A DNA stretch of 64,000 bases. It comes from an uncultured virus (IMG/VR IMGVR_UViG_3300031555_010821) (Duplodnaviria; Heunggongvirae; Uroviricota; Caudoviricetes). The notes under the pieces were generated by a model. The model was not told the DNA's origin. It searched no databases and worked only from the letters and a program-made list of their open reading frames with translations. Positions within the stretch are counted from its first letter, which is position 1, and each line of letters opens with the position of its first letter. A program made the position numbers and the translations under genes. The stretch is from IMG/VR virus record IMGVR_UViG_3300031555_010821. One strand, written 5' to 3'. Shown piece after piece: positions 1-9,756 of this stretch.

Positions 1-315
1 ACTGCCGTGTCTTCCGCCGGTCATTCGGCCGTTCTTCTGGTATTCGGGTTTCATATATCCGAAGCTCGGGCTCTTTTCGCCGATGGCCCATCCGTGCTCG
101 TCTACCACCTTGTAGAGCGGGCACATGGGGTCAAGGTCAGATACGAGCACAATCTTTTTCTCCTCGACCTTGTCGTGTAGAGCGAAGATCGTGCCCTCCG
201 CCATAAGCATTATTCGAGCAGCCGAGGGAAATGCGATCCTCACCGCACCAGCACAAGCGTTTAGGGAGTTGCAGAGCCCGAAAACGCTTGCTTCATCCAG
301 ACGGATTTTACTCAT
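1..315 (-). CDS. Hypothetical protein, runs off window end (MSKIRLDEAS...)
   Basis: ATG at 315 overlapping upstream stop, GGAGG RBS, open to position 1. Confidence 0.55.
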   Translation of the reverse strand, partial: MSKIRLDEASVFGLCNSLNACAGAVRIAFPSAARIMLMAEGTIFALHDKVEEKKIVLVSDLDPMCPLYKVVDEHGWAIGEKSPSFGYMKPEYQKNGRMTGGRHGS

Positions 316-499
316 CGTCTTCCTCCTTTATCGCATACTTGAGTTCTCCAAACTTGATCCTGGCCGCACACCACGAGAGCTGCCATGATGCGAACCAGCC
401 ATGATGATAGATTTTCCCGTTGAAATACACAAATTCCTGTCTTGCCAGTTCATCGAGGGATAATATCGGGCCACCCTTTCGGTACTTATTCTTTCCCAT
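308..499 (-). CDS. Hypothetical protein (MGKNKYRKGG...)
   Basis: ORF track; start trimmed to RBS-preceded ATG. Confidence 0.6.
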   Translation of the reverse strand: MGKNKYRKGGPILSLDELARQEFVYFNGKIYHHGWFASWQLSWCAARIKFGELKYAIKEEDDE

Positions 500-628
500 C
501 TTCTTCGTCCTCCTTTGGCTGCCAATGATACTCACAATCTATGTTCTCGCATCGGCCGTTCCAAAGTATGCTGCCGCACTTCGGGCAAGGCTCGGCATGA
601 TACATCCCGCCTCCGATATAGCCGCTCA

Positions 629-877
629 TCACACTTCCTCCATGTAGTCATCAAAAGTCGGTGCTTCGTCAGCAATGATAGTGTCTTCAGGGCCATTGAC
701 TCCGATCAACTTATCGCCGCACCCGCCGTTTCCGACGAGCTGGCTGATTCCTTTGAATTCTTTGGTGGCCAGTTCGAAGATTGCTTCAGGGGTGGCTCCC
801 TCTTCGACCCAGACCACTGTCGATACAACCACATCGACGTGGCCGAATACTCGAACCATCTTTTTCTTCTTAGGCAA
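629..877 (-). CDS. Hypothetical protein
   Basis: ORF with GGAGG RBS, co-oriented. Confidence 0.65.
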   Translation of the reverse strand: MPKKKKMVRVFGHVDVVVSTVVWVEEGATPEAIFELATKEFKGISQLVGNGGCGDKLIGVNGPEDTIIADEAPTFDDYMEEV

Positions 878-881
878 GGAT

Positions 882-1244
882 CTACACCTCCGAAATGCTG
901 CTAGGCTGTCTTAACGAGCCATCTACCGGTCTCCAGATATGCAGGCAGAATTCATGAAGATTGACGTATTCGCTGTGCTTCGGATGGAACTGGACGCATT
1001 CTTCCTCAGGCAGGAAAAACATATCTTTGATAGCGGCCATCTCATCCCAAGTTGGGCACCGCTTCTGATTTTTCGGGCTCACACTGATGTGCTCCCATAG
1101 GCCATAAGGACCACAATTATCAACGCTTGCAATCACAAGGAAAGACCGCCCTTGAACAAACACTTTAAAGGTGCCGGCTTTTTCGCCGTTCCAACCGAAA
1201 GGGTTTGGAGTGCGGTATTTGTCGAGCTCCTTCAGGTTTCTCAA
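882..1244 (-). CDS. Conserved phage protein (WEHISVS...CPTWDEM...KDMFF family)
   Basis: WEHxSVS / PTWxEM / CLHIW motifs. Confidence 0.75.
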   Translation of the reverse strand: MRNLKELDKYRTPNPFGWNGEKAGTFKVFVQGRSFLVIASVDNCGPYGLWEHISVSPKNQKRCPTWDEMAAIKDMFFLPEEECVQFHPKHSEYVNLHEFCLHIWRPVDGSLRQPSSISEV

Positions 1245-2044
1245 TTGTTGCCCTCCTTATAGCAGTATTCCTTGCAACCATGTTCATCGGTAATGATCGG
1301 AACGCGGTGTTCTACCAGCGGATATCTGCAAACTCCACAGCAGTTGTATGCGCAATCCTTGGATTCGCAATCAAAGCAGAGTGTGTCGTAGTAAGTCAGC
1401 ATTGTTGTTCTATCCGTCCGGTCTGCTTCCTCGCCGTATAGCAGGTATGCAATACCTTTGCTGTGCCGCTCATCGAACCAGTGCCAGATGTCTTCACGAT
1501 CCGTGCCGGCCGGAAAATGCTGAAACGCTTCTTCAGTTTTCTCAGTATCGGGGTCCATCGGAACATCTTCCAACTCCGACCACAGCTTTTCCAAGATCGC
1601 GTCTCTGCTTTCCAGGGGTTCGATCACTGTGCTAATCGGAGGGTCTTTGCGTAGCATCATTTCGAATTCAACGATGAGCTTCGTGTCGCGGAAAAGAACT
1701 TCGTGGACTGTCATCGTATTCACGATGACCTTTTCGATTTCATTAACTGCGTCCTCCTCCTCCATTCCATCCAAGAGAGTGAGGACATTGAGAGAGCCTC
1801 CCCCATAATAGTCGACAGCGAGATCGAGGTCGCAGCTATCAAAGCCGGAATCGAAATCACGCAGCCCATACCAGCCCGTGCTGTTCAAAGCAATTGATTC
1901 GAGGTCATACCCTTTTGCTACCGACGCTTCGTCTGCGATGGCGAACTTGCATTCGATAACGTATCTACTGAAAGAATGCTTCGTGTCCATGTTTCCAATG
2001 ATTCTTTCAGCCAGTTCTCTTACTGTAACAAGCAAAAGTTCCAT
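1241..2044 (-). CDS. Hypothetical protein with Cys-rich C-terminus
   Basis: 267-aa ORF coupled to neighbours. Confidence 0.7.
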   Translation of the reverse strand: MELLLVTVRELAERIIGNMDTKHSFSRYVIECKFAIADEASVAKGYDLESIALNSTGWYGLRDFDSGFDSCDLDLAVDYYGGGSLNVLTLLDGMEEEDAVNEIEKVIVNTMTVHEVLFRDTKLIVEFEMMLRKDPPISTVIEPLESRDAILEKLWSELEDVPMDPDTEKTEEAFQHFPAGTDREDIWHWFDERHSKGIAYLLYGEEADRTDRTTMLTYYDTLCFDCESKDCAYNCCGVCRYPLVEHRVPIITDEHGCKEYCYKEGNN

Positions 2045-2335
2045 TTAATTCAAAACCTCCTCCGCATCTTCACAATCAGGTTCAAATTCTATTGTTGTCT
2101 CGATGGTCTGCCACTCATAGAAGATGTCGGTATCTCTGACGAAGATCTCTGGATTGCCAAATCCATCCCACAAATCGACAGGCTCATAGCCCCGATCTAT
2201 CATATCTTGCATCACTACTTCGAAATCTTCTCGCACAGCTTTCTTTGCTGCATCTTCATTTCCGAAGGCACAGGCGTCAATCCCTTCCGCGTAGTTCCTG
2301 TGGACAACGATAAAGCATTTTTTCTTCATGTCCAT
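2045..2335 (-). CDS. Hypothetical protein
   Basis: ORF with RBS, abuts next gene. Confidence 0.65.
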   Translation of the reverse strand: MDMKKKCFIVVHRNYAEGIDACAFGNEDAAKKAVREDFEVVMQDMIDRGYEPVDLWDGFGNPEIFVRDTDIFYEWQTIETTIEFEPDCEDAEEVLN

Positions 2336-2346
2336 GTGCTCCCTTC

Positions 2347-3138
2347 TTAGCCAAATACGATTTTCCCGAACAGAGAATACTGGATGATTTCATCTGCGCA
2401 GGCCGCATCGATTTCACAGCAGTCAACCGTTCCGTTCTGGACGGCCCCGTAGGTGTCACAGCCATTTTCTACCCAGAGCCGGAAGCCCTTCAGGAACTTC
2501 TCCAAAGTCAGCTCCCAGACTTCATCAGGATCTTCGATGTCGTGTAGCATCAGGACGCCGCCTCTTGCGATCTGCTCATGGCCCCATTCAGCAACGCGCT
2601 TTTCTTCAATGACCTCGGCTTCTCCACACCAGTAGTTGATGCCGCCTTCCAACGCACCGACCATGATGTCGTCGATATCTTCGGTGGTCAGAATAATCTT
2701 CATCTCAGCAGTGATCGAAAATTTTTCTCTACCGTTCTTCTTCATTGTCGTTTCTCCTTTTTGATTCAGTTCTTTGGCGAAATGCTCCATGATGATATCA
2801 ACATCACCGGGATCACAGGCGCCGGAGCAAAAGCACTTGCCGTTATCCAACAGCCAGTACCACATACCGTCAGGTTCTTCCGACATCTTCTTCCACGCTC
2901 TGATGAACTCAGCCGGTGTGTCAAAAGCGTAGTATGTCGCAATCGCATTGCTGTCGAACCAGTCATCTGTGAAAAACTCGTCTGTTTCGTCCCAGGCGAA
3001 GGCCATAACGATTCGGCCATTCGGGACTTCGATATCAAAGAGTCTGACGCACTCAGGGCACAGAGAAAACCACTGTTCATTGATCTTTGATATCGACCCG
3101 TCGTATTCTTTTCCGCAGTGCGGGCATTCCAAAATCAT
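2347..3138 (-). CDS. Hypothetical protein with N-terminal Zn ribbon; probable two-gene fusion
   Basis: CPHC...CPEC; internal AAAGGAG RBS plus in-frame ATG at 2745. Confidence 0.7.
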   Translation of the reverse strand: MILECPHCGKEYDGSISKINEQWFSLCPECVRLFDIEVPNGRIVMAFAWDETDEFFTDDWFDSNAIATYYAFDTPAEFIRAWKKMSEEPDGMWYWLLDNGKCFCSGACDPGDVDIIMEHFAKELNQKGETTMKKNGREKFSITAEMKIILTTEDIDDIMVGALEGGINYWCGEAEVIEEKRVAEWGHEQIARGGVLMLHDIEDPDEVWELTLEKFLKGFRLWVENGCDTYGAVQNGTVDCCEIDAACADEIIQYSLFGKIVFG

Positions 3139-3590
3139 TTTTCTTGTTCCCCGCTTTCTTTTGTAATCTCCACGCGGTAGCCAAACTTGGCAAGCAGATC
3201 CTCGGCATAGTTGATGCCATCACTCAGAAAACTGGACCAGATGAACGAATCATAGCCGTCGGTTTCGACACAAATCCATTCCCCGATCGCATCATATTCC
3301 AGACGACTGGAACCAAGTTCGCCCGCCTTAAAAGCATTGTTGAGCGCATCAACATCCTCTTTGGAATGAGGGCGGAACCACCGATAACCGTGATTCTCCA
3401 TGTACTCCCCTGCGTCGATATTGGGGTGGTTTTCTGCCTCCAAGCAGCATTCGATGCCGTCAAGGCCATCCAGCGCCTTTCTTAGCTCATAATCCATACA
3501 GGCAGCGCGAGTGAGAAATTCTGTGCCGTCTTCGGCGACATACTTGGTAACGGTCTTTTCGATCAATTCGACCTTTTCAATTGTCTTCAT
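3135..3590 (-). CDS. Hypothetical protein (YVAEDGTEF...C.DYE family)
   Basis: ORF with AAAGGAG RBS; common phage N-terminal motif. Confidence 0.7.
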   Translation of the reverse strand: MKTIEKVELIEKTVTKYVAEDGTEFLTRAACMDYELRKALDGLDGIECCLEAENHPNIDAGEYMENHGYRWFRPHSKEDVDALNNAFKAGELGSSRLEYDAIGEWICVETDGYDSFIWSSFLSDGINYAEDLLAKFGYRVEITKESGEQEK

Positions 3591-3652
3591 ATATGTTCTC
3601 CTTTACTGTGTGGTTTTTGAGAATTGCCAATCGGAAACCAGATGGCAAAATT

Positions 3653-3883
3653 TTACTGATGAAGCAGATAGTTCAGCATTCTGCGCCTTTCACTGAGCTC
3701 GCTGAGGCGGTTGTACTCATATTCTACGTCACTGAGCTTTCCGCGAATGAACGTAACGATCTCGTAGGGGCTATATGTTTCGGCACACTCACGGAATTCA
3801 GCAACAGCTCTCTTCAGCCTACCTTCCATATCTACGATCTCCTCGTCGATTTTCTGAATTTCTTTTTCAATAACTGCTCTCAT
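3653..3883 (-). CDS. Hypothetical coiled-coil protein
   Basis: AAGGAGG RBS. Confidence 0.65.
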   Translation of the reverse strand: MRAVIEKEIQKIDEEIVDMEGRLKRAVAEFRECAETYSPYEIVTFIRGKLSDVEYEYNRLSELSERRRMLNYLLHQ

Positions 3884-3893
3884 ATAAGCCTCC

Positions 3894-3922
3894 TTGATTT
3901 CTTCCTGCCGGTATGTTAAGAT
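3894..3922 (+). promoter_or_regulatory. sigmaA-like promoter on antisense strand
   Basis: TTGATT-17 bp-TAAGAT with TGn extension. Confidence 0.5.
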
Positions 3923-3965
3923 GGAAGAGTGAACGGATGGCAGGGCCCGTCCACTCTCGGTTCAG

Positions 3966-4010
3966 AATCAGGCGCTCAGTAAAGGGGGGCGCCTGATTTC
4001 CTTATTTTTT
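3966..4010 (+). terminator. Stem-loop / intrinsic terminator
   Basis: aatcaggcgc...gcgcctgatt followed by T-rich tract. Confidence 0.55.
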
Positions 4011-4139
4011 CAGCTTGTCAATGATTTCGCGGATTACCGCAGCCGCCTCTTCGCCTGTCTTGGCTTTGAGTTCGACGTTCTGTGCGATGGTTTCGAGGAA
4101 AACGATCAATTCAGCTTGGGTCATTTCATCACGTTCCAT
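4002..4139 (-). CDS. 45-aa protein MERDEMTQAELIVFLETIAQNVELKAKTGEEAAAVIREIIDKLKK
   Basis: Read manually; GGAGG RBS; first gene after the 4188-4224 promoter. Confidence 0.65.
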   Translation of the reverse strand: MERDEMTQAELIVFLETIAQNVELKAKTGEEAAAVIREIIDKLKK

Positions 4140-4187
4140 TCATTGCACCTCCTGCCCGGTACTATGTATTTCGTAGGAGATTTCCTA

Positions 4188-4224
4188 CATACTTATCGTA
4201 CCTTAACTACCTACCATGTCAATA
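4188..4224 (-). promoter_or_regulatory. Repeated phage promoter, copy 1
   Basis: TTGACA-tggtaggtagttaagg-TACGAT. Confidence 0.7.
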
Positions 4225-4312
4225 TAAAAATCTGTTTTTTCACAAAAGATTTTCAAACTATATTCAATTACGAATATCTGGACGCGCCATCATGGATGGC
4301 GCTTTTTTGTTG

Positions 4313-4849
4313 TCAGAAAACTAAAGCCCCATTATCGACGGAAGATCTGATGATTTCATCGACATTGCCTTCGATCTCCCCGCTTCTGATTGCTCGTCCA
4401 TAGGCTCCGTTTTTAAGGAAGAACTCCCCATTTACCTCGATCAGCGGTTCGTGCTCCACAACCCCCCAGCATCCATCCGCTTTCTTTTCAAAGGTTCCAA
4501 GTTTGGTTCCAATGTGGGTCATTGAAACGCCGACCGGATCGTAAGGAACGTACAGTTTCTCGGAATTGATGTGTTCGTGAACGATCACATCAAACTTGTC
4601 CCCCTTGCTGGCTGCGGCCAGGAAACTAAGATTAAAGTCATTGCAGGCCCCGTAGAATTCATCGGTCACATCACCGGTTTCAGCATTTCTAAATTCCGCC
4701 GTTAAAAGCGCGGAGCCTCTCCCGAAGGTTTTGTTTCCGAATGGGGGTTTATGTACAGTGATTCCGTTGTTTCTATAGGTCTGCATTGGTTCAGAATTGC
4801 AGGTATAAAAGCCGGAAAAATAGTAAGCCATTTCCATTTCGTAACTCAT
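4313..4849 (-). CDS. Hypothetical protein
   Basis: 178-aa ORF. Confidence 0.65.
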   Translation of the reverse strand: MSYEMEMAYYFSGFYTCNSEPMQTYRNNGITVHKPPFGNKTFGRGSALLTAEFRNAETGDVTDEFYGACNDFNLSFLAAASKGDKFDVIVHEHINSEKLYVPYDPVGVSMTHIGTKLGTFEKKADGCWGVVEHEPLIEVNGEFFLKNGAYGRAIRSGEIEGNVDEIIRSSVDNGALVF

Positions 4850-4856
4850 CCTCTCA

Positions 4857-5195
4857 TTAAGCGCAAAAAGTGATTTCGGGGGAGAAGCTCGGAAAGAGCT
4901 CCTCCCACTTTTTCTCCAGATTTTCCGGGGTTAAGGGGATTTCAGAAAGAAGTTCACCGGAATCCGCTGAGATAATTATGATTGAAGAGGAATTAGTTTG
5001 AATGAAATGGAGAAGAGAAAGAATGACCTCCTCCACATCATCCTTCTCCTCCTCTATCTTCTTCTCTATATATCCCTCCGGGAAATAGTTGTTTAAGAGT
5101 TGCTCGGTAATTTCGGGGGAAGGGATGGAAGAGAAAAGAGGGGAAATAATGGGGTTGTGGTGTTTGGTTAAGTAGTTAAAATAAGAGTTGTTCAT
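4857..5195 (-). CDS. Hypothetical protein (AT-rich)
   Basis: GGAGG RBS directly after promoter copy 2. Confidence 0.65.
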   Translation of the reverse strand: MNNSYFNYLTKHHNPIISPLFSSIPSPEITEQLLNNYFPEGYIEKKIEEEKDDVEEVILSLLHFIQTNSSSIIIISADSGELLSEIPLTPENLEKKWEELFPSFSPEITFCA

Positions 5196-5208
5196 AGTTA
5201 ATACCTCC

Positions 5209-5245
5209 TATACTTATCGTAACATACCTACCTACCTAGTCAATA
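5209..5245 (-). promoter_or_regulatory. Repeated phage promoter, copy 2
   Basis: TTGACT-aggtaggtaggtatgt-TACGAT. Confidence 0.7.
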
Positions 5246-5361
5246 GTCCCGGCAAATTATTTCTCAAAATGCGCGGAACCGTTTACCTGTTTCCAGCCCC
5301 TTGCCTGATTCCAGATGATGTATGGGTTATCCAGTCCCGCTGTATTGGCCATATCCGGTTC

Positions 5362-5745
5362 TTAAATCAGGTCCTCATACGAGAGCAATCCGTGAATCTC
5401 TTTTAGAGTTTCATACGGCGGCTTATTATCGTATCCAATGTGGCCGGCAAAATACCTCCGTATTTCTAAAAGCATTCTTTCGTATTCGATGGCTTCACGA
5501 ACCGCCTCTATGTTTTCGTAGATTTCGTAGCCGGCGTTGCTGTCTCCGTCGTCGTGCGTGTAGTCATCAATGAAGAATCGCTCATCGCTCCAGGTATGGC
5601 CGTTCACGCTGACGTAGAAATACTTACGCGCAATTTTGTATATGCAGCCTGAAACGGGTTCTCCGTCCCAGCTTCTTTTGTTGTTGCCGGTCGGACGGAG
5701 GAAAACTTCCTGGCCGACTTTTATTTCGAATCGCTTATTCTTCAT
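5362..5745 (-). CDS. Hypothetical protein (MKNKRFEIKVGQEVFL...)
   Basis: Start trimmed to AAGGAG-preceded ATG. Confidence 0.7.
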   Translation of the reverse strand: MKNKRFEIKVGQEVFLRPTGNNKRSWDGEPVSGCIYKIARKYFYVSVNGHTWSDERFFIDDYTHDDGDSNAGYEIYENIEAVREAIEYERMLLEIRRYFAGHIGYDNKPPYETLKEIHGLLSYEDLI

Positions 5746-6115
5746 TCTGATCTCCTTCCGCAAACAGGATGTTTCTTGGCACCTGCGCAGCGCGGGCCAC
5801 CTCATCTATAAAAGCATTGAGCCAGCCTTCCTGCTCAAACTCATAGAAGTCTTCATCGCAATGGAAGCACTGGTAAGCATAGTCCTTGATGTCACTCTTG
5901 AACAAGGGTGAGCCGCAGCGAAAACACACGCGATCGGTGCTTTCCCTGAACACCAGATAGTCCTCCATGTCATCTTCGTCATATCCGTGCTCTCTGAGAA
6001 GCTGCTTCGCTTCCTCGACACTGTCAAAGTATCTGATCTCCCCTTCATCATCCAGAATATACTCTAAGCCGTTCAGGGAAATGCCGTTGATCGGCCGGCC
6101 AACGATTACGCTCAT
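5735..6115 (-). CDS. Hypothetical protein with CxxC Zn ribbon
   Basis: GRPINGISLNGLEY; CFRC...CFHC. Confidence 0.7.
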   Translation of the reverse strand: MSVIVGRPINGISLNGLEYILDDEGEIRYFDSVEEAKQLLREHGYDEDDMEDYLVFRESTDRVCFRCGSPLFKSDIKDYAYQCFHCDEDFYEFEQEGWLNAFIDEVARAAQVPRNILFAEGDQNEE

Positions 6116-6828
6116 TCAGCGTCCTCCTTTTCTGGTTCGTTCATCTTGCCTTTCATATCTTCAGCCCACTGGCTAATCTGTTTGGGCGACAGACCACGTT
6201 CGCCGGAGTAATAGCCGAAATCCAGTCTAACTTCACAACTGCGCGGCCGCTCCCTGCCGTTTTCACGATGGATGTCATACCGCTCAGGATCTACTAGCTC
6301 GACCGCGCCATTCCGAATCAAAAACGATACCACGGGGCGCGAGTGGTATTCAGTTTGCTCGCCGCTCATAAGAGTGACCTCAAGATTCAGGAACGGAAAT
6401 GCTTCCGCAATTTTAGTCCAGTCCTCATAGACTTCTTCCACCTCAGGCCATTTGCCGATGTTTTCGGCATACCCGACGCTTCCGTCTGGATGCATCCATC
6501 CATGTGGGCCGCCGGCATAACAGGTGGCAATCCATTCATTGCAGACATATTCTGTTTGGATGAATCCCCACTTTGCAAGCCAGTTTTCGCGGGCTCTACA
6601 CGTTTCTGCGAAGTGATCGATTGGCGCTCCATCGACGTCTGGGTAGCCAAGAACTTCTTTGACCCAGGCGCTATATTGGTGGTCATTGCCGCCCCATCCG
6701 TATGCGAAAAAGGTATCTGTGCGACGGATGATTTCAAGCGCCTGTTCTTCTGAAACAGAGTCGCCGGTGACGATCATTTGTGGCCATTTTGGCAAGCCAC
6801 GGTTGAACAACATTTTCTGCTTCTGCAT
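6112..6828 (-). CDS. Hypothetical phage protein
   Basis: 238-aa ORF with RBS. Confidence 0.75.
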   Translation of the reverse strand: MQKQKMLFNRGLPKWPQMIVTGDSVSEEQALEIIRRTDTFFAYGWGGNDHQYSAWVKEVLGYPDVDGAPIDHFAETCRARENWLAKWGFIQTEYVCNEWIATCYAGGPHGWMHPDGSVGYAENIGKWPEVEEVYEDWTKIAEAFPFLNLEVTLMSGEQTEYHSRPVVSFLIRNGAVELVDPERYDIHRENGRERPRSCEVRLDFGYYSGERGLSPKQISQWAEDMKGKMNEPEKEDAE

Positions 6829-6993
6829 ATCAATATTCTTCCTCCACGTTCAGCCTGATAATTTCTTCATCATACCAGTCCAGGTCCCGGCTCTCATAGA
6901 GCGCTCGGGCCTTTGCTTTTGCCTCAACAGGGCCCGTTGCCTCCACAAAAGCGTTGGCATATTGCGCGTTTACAACTTCAACACAGTATTTTT

Positions 6994-7995
6994 TCATACC
7001 AGTCTATCCTCTCTAAGATTCTTTGGACAATGAATCAGCTTTACGCTGCCATGCGTCCAGGCGGAGCCACTCATGCCATATACATTCTCGATAGCCCAGC
7101 CGTCTCCTCCATCTGGAAGCGCAGAGCGAATGAACTTGATAGGCAGTCTTACATCCTTGTCAAGCTCAACTTCAAGTACGCTGCCGCCGCCCCCCCAAGG
7201 GTTGTATAGGCCACACATCGTTTTCTTATCAATGACGATGTATCCGCAGTCCGGGTTCTTTCTGGTGTCATAGTGGATGCCATTACGATCCTGGAGCTTA
7301 ATGAGCCGGTTGAGCTCAATCAAGTCGCTCAGCTTCATCTCGACAAGGAATGTTAGGATCATCATGTGCGATGTTACATTGGCTACTTCCTGTCTCATAG
7401 ATTGCAGGAATCCTTCTGGGCTTGCTACGTCTCCTTCCCTGAGAGCCTTCCAGAGCTGGGTCTTCGTATAGCCCTGCTGTCTTGCAAGCCAGACGATGGA
7501 AGCCTTGTCGTCGAGACGCTGCTCGTAGCGGCCATAATAGCACGGGTACACGCTGTTCAGCGTGTAGTCATAATTGCCGTCGCCTGTATCGACCATGATA
7601 TTCACATAGAACGACTGGTCAAGGTAGTGCTTCTCTGGCAGCTCGAAGTAGACAAAATCCATCATCAGATCGGAGAACAACTCGCGTTCTTCGTCCGTAA
7701 AGCCGTCGGGATACGGGCCATCATCAGCGGTCAGCTTTGCCTCGACATCCCGTTCGATCTCGCCCCTGAGCTGGCCCTGGTAATCGAAGTACCACTCCTC
7801 CAGCTTCTCCCAGAAGCTCATTGCGGGATCATCGCTCCGCAGGATCTCCACAGCAGTCTTGCTGTCCATCTCATCTCGGTAGTCAGCATAAATTTCATAG
7901 AAGAAACTTCCGCCCTCATCACGGTCGATCTGCCACATTTTTTCCAACTCCGCAGCAATTAGATCTCTCATTCTAGTAATCGCATCGTCGGTCAC
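6994..7995 (-). CDS. Hypothetical protein (about 333 aa)
   Basis: Long ORF; GTG start after GGAGG. Confidence 0.75.
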   Translation of the reverse strand: MTDDAITRMRDLIAAELEKMWQIDRDEGGSFFYEIYADYRDEMDSKTAVEILRSDDPAMSFWEKLEEWYFDYQGQLRGEIERDVEAKLTADDGPYPDGFTDEERELFSDLMMDFVYFELPEKHYLDQSFYVNIMVDTGDGNYDYTLNSVYPCYYGRYEQRLDDKASIVWLARQQGYTKTQLWKALREGDVASPEGFLQSMRQEVANVTSHMMILTFLVEMKLSDLIELNRLIKLQDRNGIHYDTRKNPDCGYIVIDKKTMCGLYNPWGGGGSVLEVELDKDVRLPIKFIRSALPDGGDGWAIENVYGMSGSAWTHGSVKLIHCPKNLREDRLV

Positions 7996-8130
7996 TTCTC
8001 GCGCACCTCCATCTTTTCGATGACGCGCCAACCAGTGCAAGGAGCATCTGCCCAAATCTGCGCGCCGGCAGGCCAGTCCAAACTTTCGCGGATTCTCTCC
8101 AGTAAATAAACGTACCGTTTTCTTGCCATA

Positions 8131-8316
8131 TTAGTTCTCCTTGTAGAAATCCACGATGGATGACATCTTATGAAAGCATCTAACAGTCCCGCCCCAGGCG
8201 TTCTGATGCGTACACCAGATGCCATCTTCGCTCACAATAGGATCAGATACGATAAACTTTGCTAGAACACGCTGACCATTGGCCGCGCGGTAATAGGCTT
8301 CCAGGATGTATCTCAT
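8131..8316 (-). CDS. Hypothetical protein
   Basis: ATG overlapping upstream stop. Confidence 0.55.
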   Translation of the reverse strand: MRYILEAYYRAANGQRVLAKFIVSDPIVSEDGIWCTHQNAWGGTVRCFHKMSSIVDFYKEN

Positions 8317-8705
8317 TCTTCGTCCTCCACTACTTCGTCCACTGCTGAACCCGGATGCTGCCAATCACAGTACCAAAACAGCCGCTCGGCCATTTCAAGG
8401 TCGCTTTCACACTGGGTAACGAAATCGTCTCCGGTGTAGCAGTACGAGAGGACAACTTCGATCTGTTCTTCGGCTGTCATCGGCCCCCAACCGAGTTTCG
8501 TCTCGTACATCATCGAGTTATCGTGGCTCAGGTCGATGTCGACTGGGATCTGGTTCAGACCAATGTCGGGGATGTACAAGACTTCATCGCCGGGAACAAA
8601 GCGTTCAGCCTTAAAAATCATGCATTCCTGGCCGTCGGTGAAGTGTAGGATGTCATCCAGGGGTCTCCCTTTTAACAGCTCTGCTCGAATCTCCCTCTTC
8701 GTCAA
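8313..8705 (-). CDS. Hypothetical protein
   Basis: TTG start after GGAGG. Confidence 0.65.
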   Translation of the reverse strand: MTKREIRAELLKGRPLDDILHFTDGQECMIFKAERFVPGDEVLYIPDIGLNQIPVDIDLSHDNSMMYETKLGWGPMTAEEQIEVVLSYCYTGDDFVTQCESDLEMAERLFWYCDWQHPGSAVDEVVEDEE

Positions 8706-9202
8706 TCCTGAACGCCTCCTCTGCAAAGGTCTTTTCCGCAGCCAGGGCAGTAGTCCGGGTAATCAAAAGTATCGCAATCCTCGTACCATACATGATTACA
8801 AAGTAGGCACCGATACTGTCTCAGCTCCACATCTTCAGCAGGCCCTCCTCCGGTTTCGTACTGCGGGATCTGCTCCAGACTATCGTCTTCTTCCTTTTCA
8901 GCATCAAGGAGCCACATCAGGCAGCCCGACAAGGTCGGAAAATCTTCTGTCCAAGCATCTCCGTCTCTGTTGTCGATGCCGACAAACCGAGATCCGTCTT
9001 TTTGGACGAACAACCCCCGGCGGCCACGGTGTTCGATGATTTCAAGAGCTTCTTCCTGATCGACATATTTGAACCAGCCGTAGTCAACTCGGGACTTTCC
9101 GCAGTTGGAGCATACAAAATACGGAACACCGTCTTCGTCGAAAAGGATGTCGTGCAGGACGCTGTTGCCGCAGTTTCGACATCTAATAAGACCCACAATC
9201 AT
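8702..9202 (-). CDS. Hypothetical protein with two Zn ribbons
   Basis: CRNC/CSNC and CLLC/CPGC. Confidence 0.7.
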   Translation of the reverse strand: MIVGLIRCRNCGNSVLHDILFDEDGVPYFVCSNCGKSRVDYGWFKYVDQEEALEIIEHRGRRGLFVQKDGSRFVGIDNRDGDAWTEDFPTLSGCLMWLLDAEKEEDDSLEQIPQYETGGGPAEDVELRQYRCLLCNHVWYEDCDTFDYPDYCPGCGKDLCRGGVQD

Positions 9203-9558
9203 TCTTCCTCTTCCTCCTTATCTGCAAGCTCACGCACGACATCTATGAGCGCGTAAGCTAGTTCCATCAGCATCTCGTCGATTTCTTCTGCATCATCAAT
9301 GAGAGTGCGGATACTATTCGGCACACCGGGCACTCGCCCCTGAGCCTCCACCCACATCTTAGCGTGTTCATCAGGATCGAAGCCTTCGTAGTATTCGTAG
9401 ACCTCCTTCACGATGTCTTCGCCGTTGGCGTAAAAGTAGAAGTCTTCTCCAGCAGGGCTGTACTTTCCGAACTCCCACCCGCCATTATCATCTATATAGA
9501 GACTCCAACCGAGCTCTTCCGCTTTTGCCTTCAGGCTATCTCTCAGTTTTTCAGTCAT
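9199..9558 (-). CDS. Hypothetical protein (MTEKLRDS...SPAGEDF)
   Basis: Start trimmed to GGAGG-preceded ATG. Confidence 0.7.
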   Translation of the reverse strand: MTEKLRDSLKAKAEELGWSLYIDDNGGWEFGKYSPAGEDFYFYANGEDIVKEVYEYYEGFDPDEHAKMWVEAQGRVPGVPNSIRTLIDDAEEIDEMLMELAYALIDVVRELADKEEEEE

Positions 9559-9709
9559 TCGCGCTTGCCTCCTGAACTGTGTAAAATTCAGCCGCCATGC
9601 TGTCTGCGGTGATTCGGTCAATACCGACTCTTTCCAGTCGATGGTAGGCACGTTCCTTTTCTGTTTTTGTGCCGGCTTCCAGTAGGGCCATCAGAAGTTC
9701 CATCATCAT
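9551..9709 (-). CDS. 52-aa hypothetical protein
   Basis: Read manually; AAAGG RBS; follows promoter copy 3. Confidence 0.5.
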   Translation of the reverse strand: MMMELLMALLEAGTKTEKERAYHRLERVGIDRITADSMAAEFYTVQEASAND

Positions 9710-9756
9710 TTCCAAAACGTCCTTTCGTATTTACCGTTCGGTAATTTTAACTGTGA

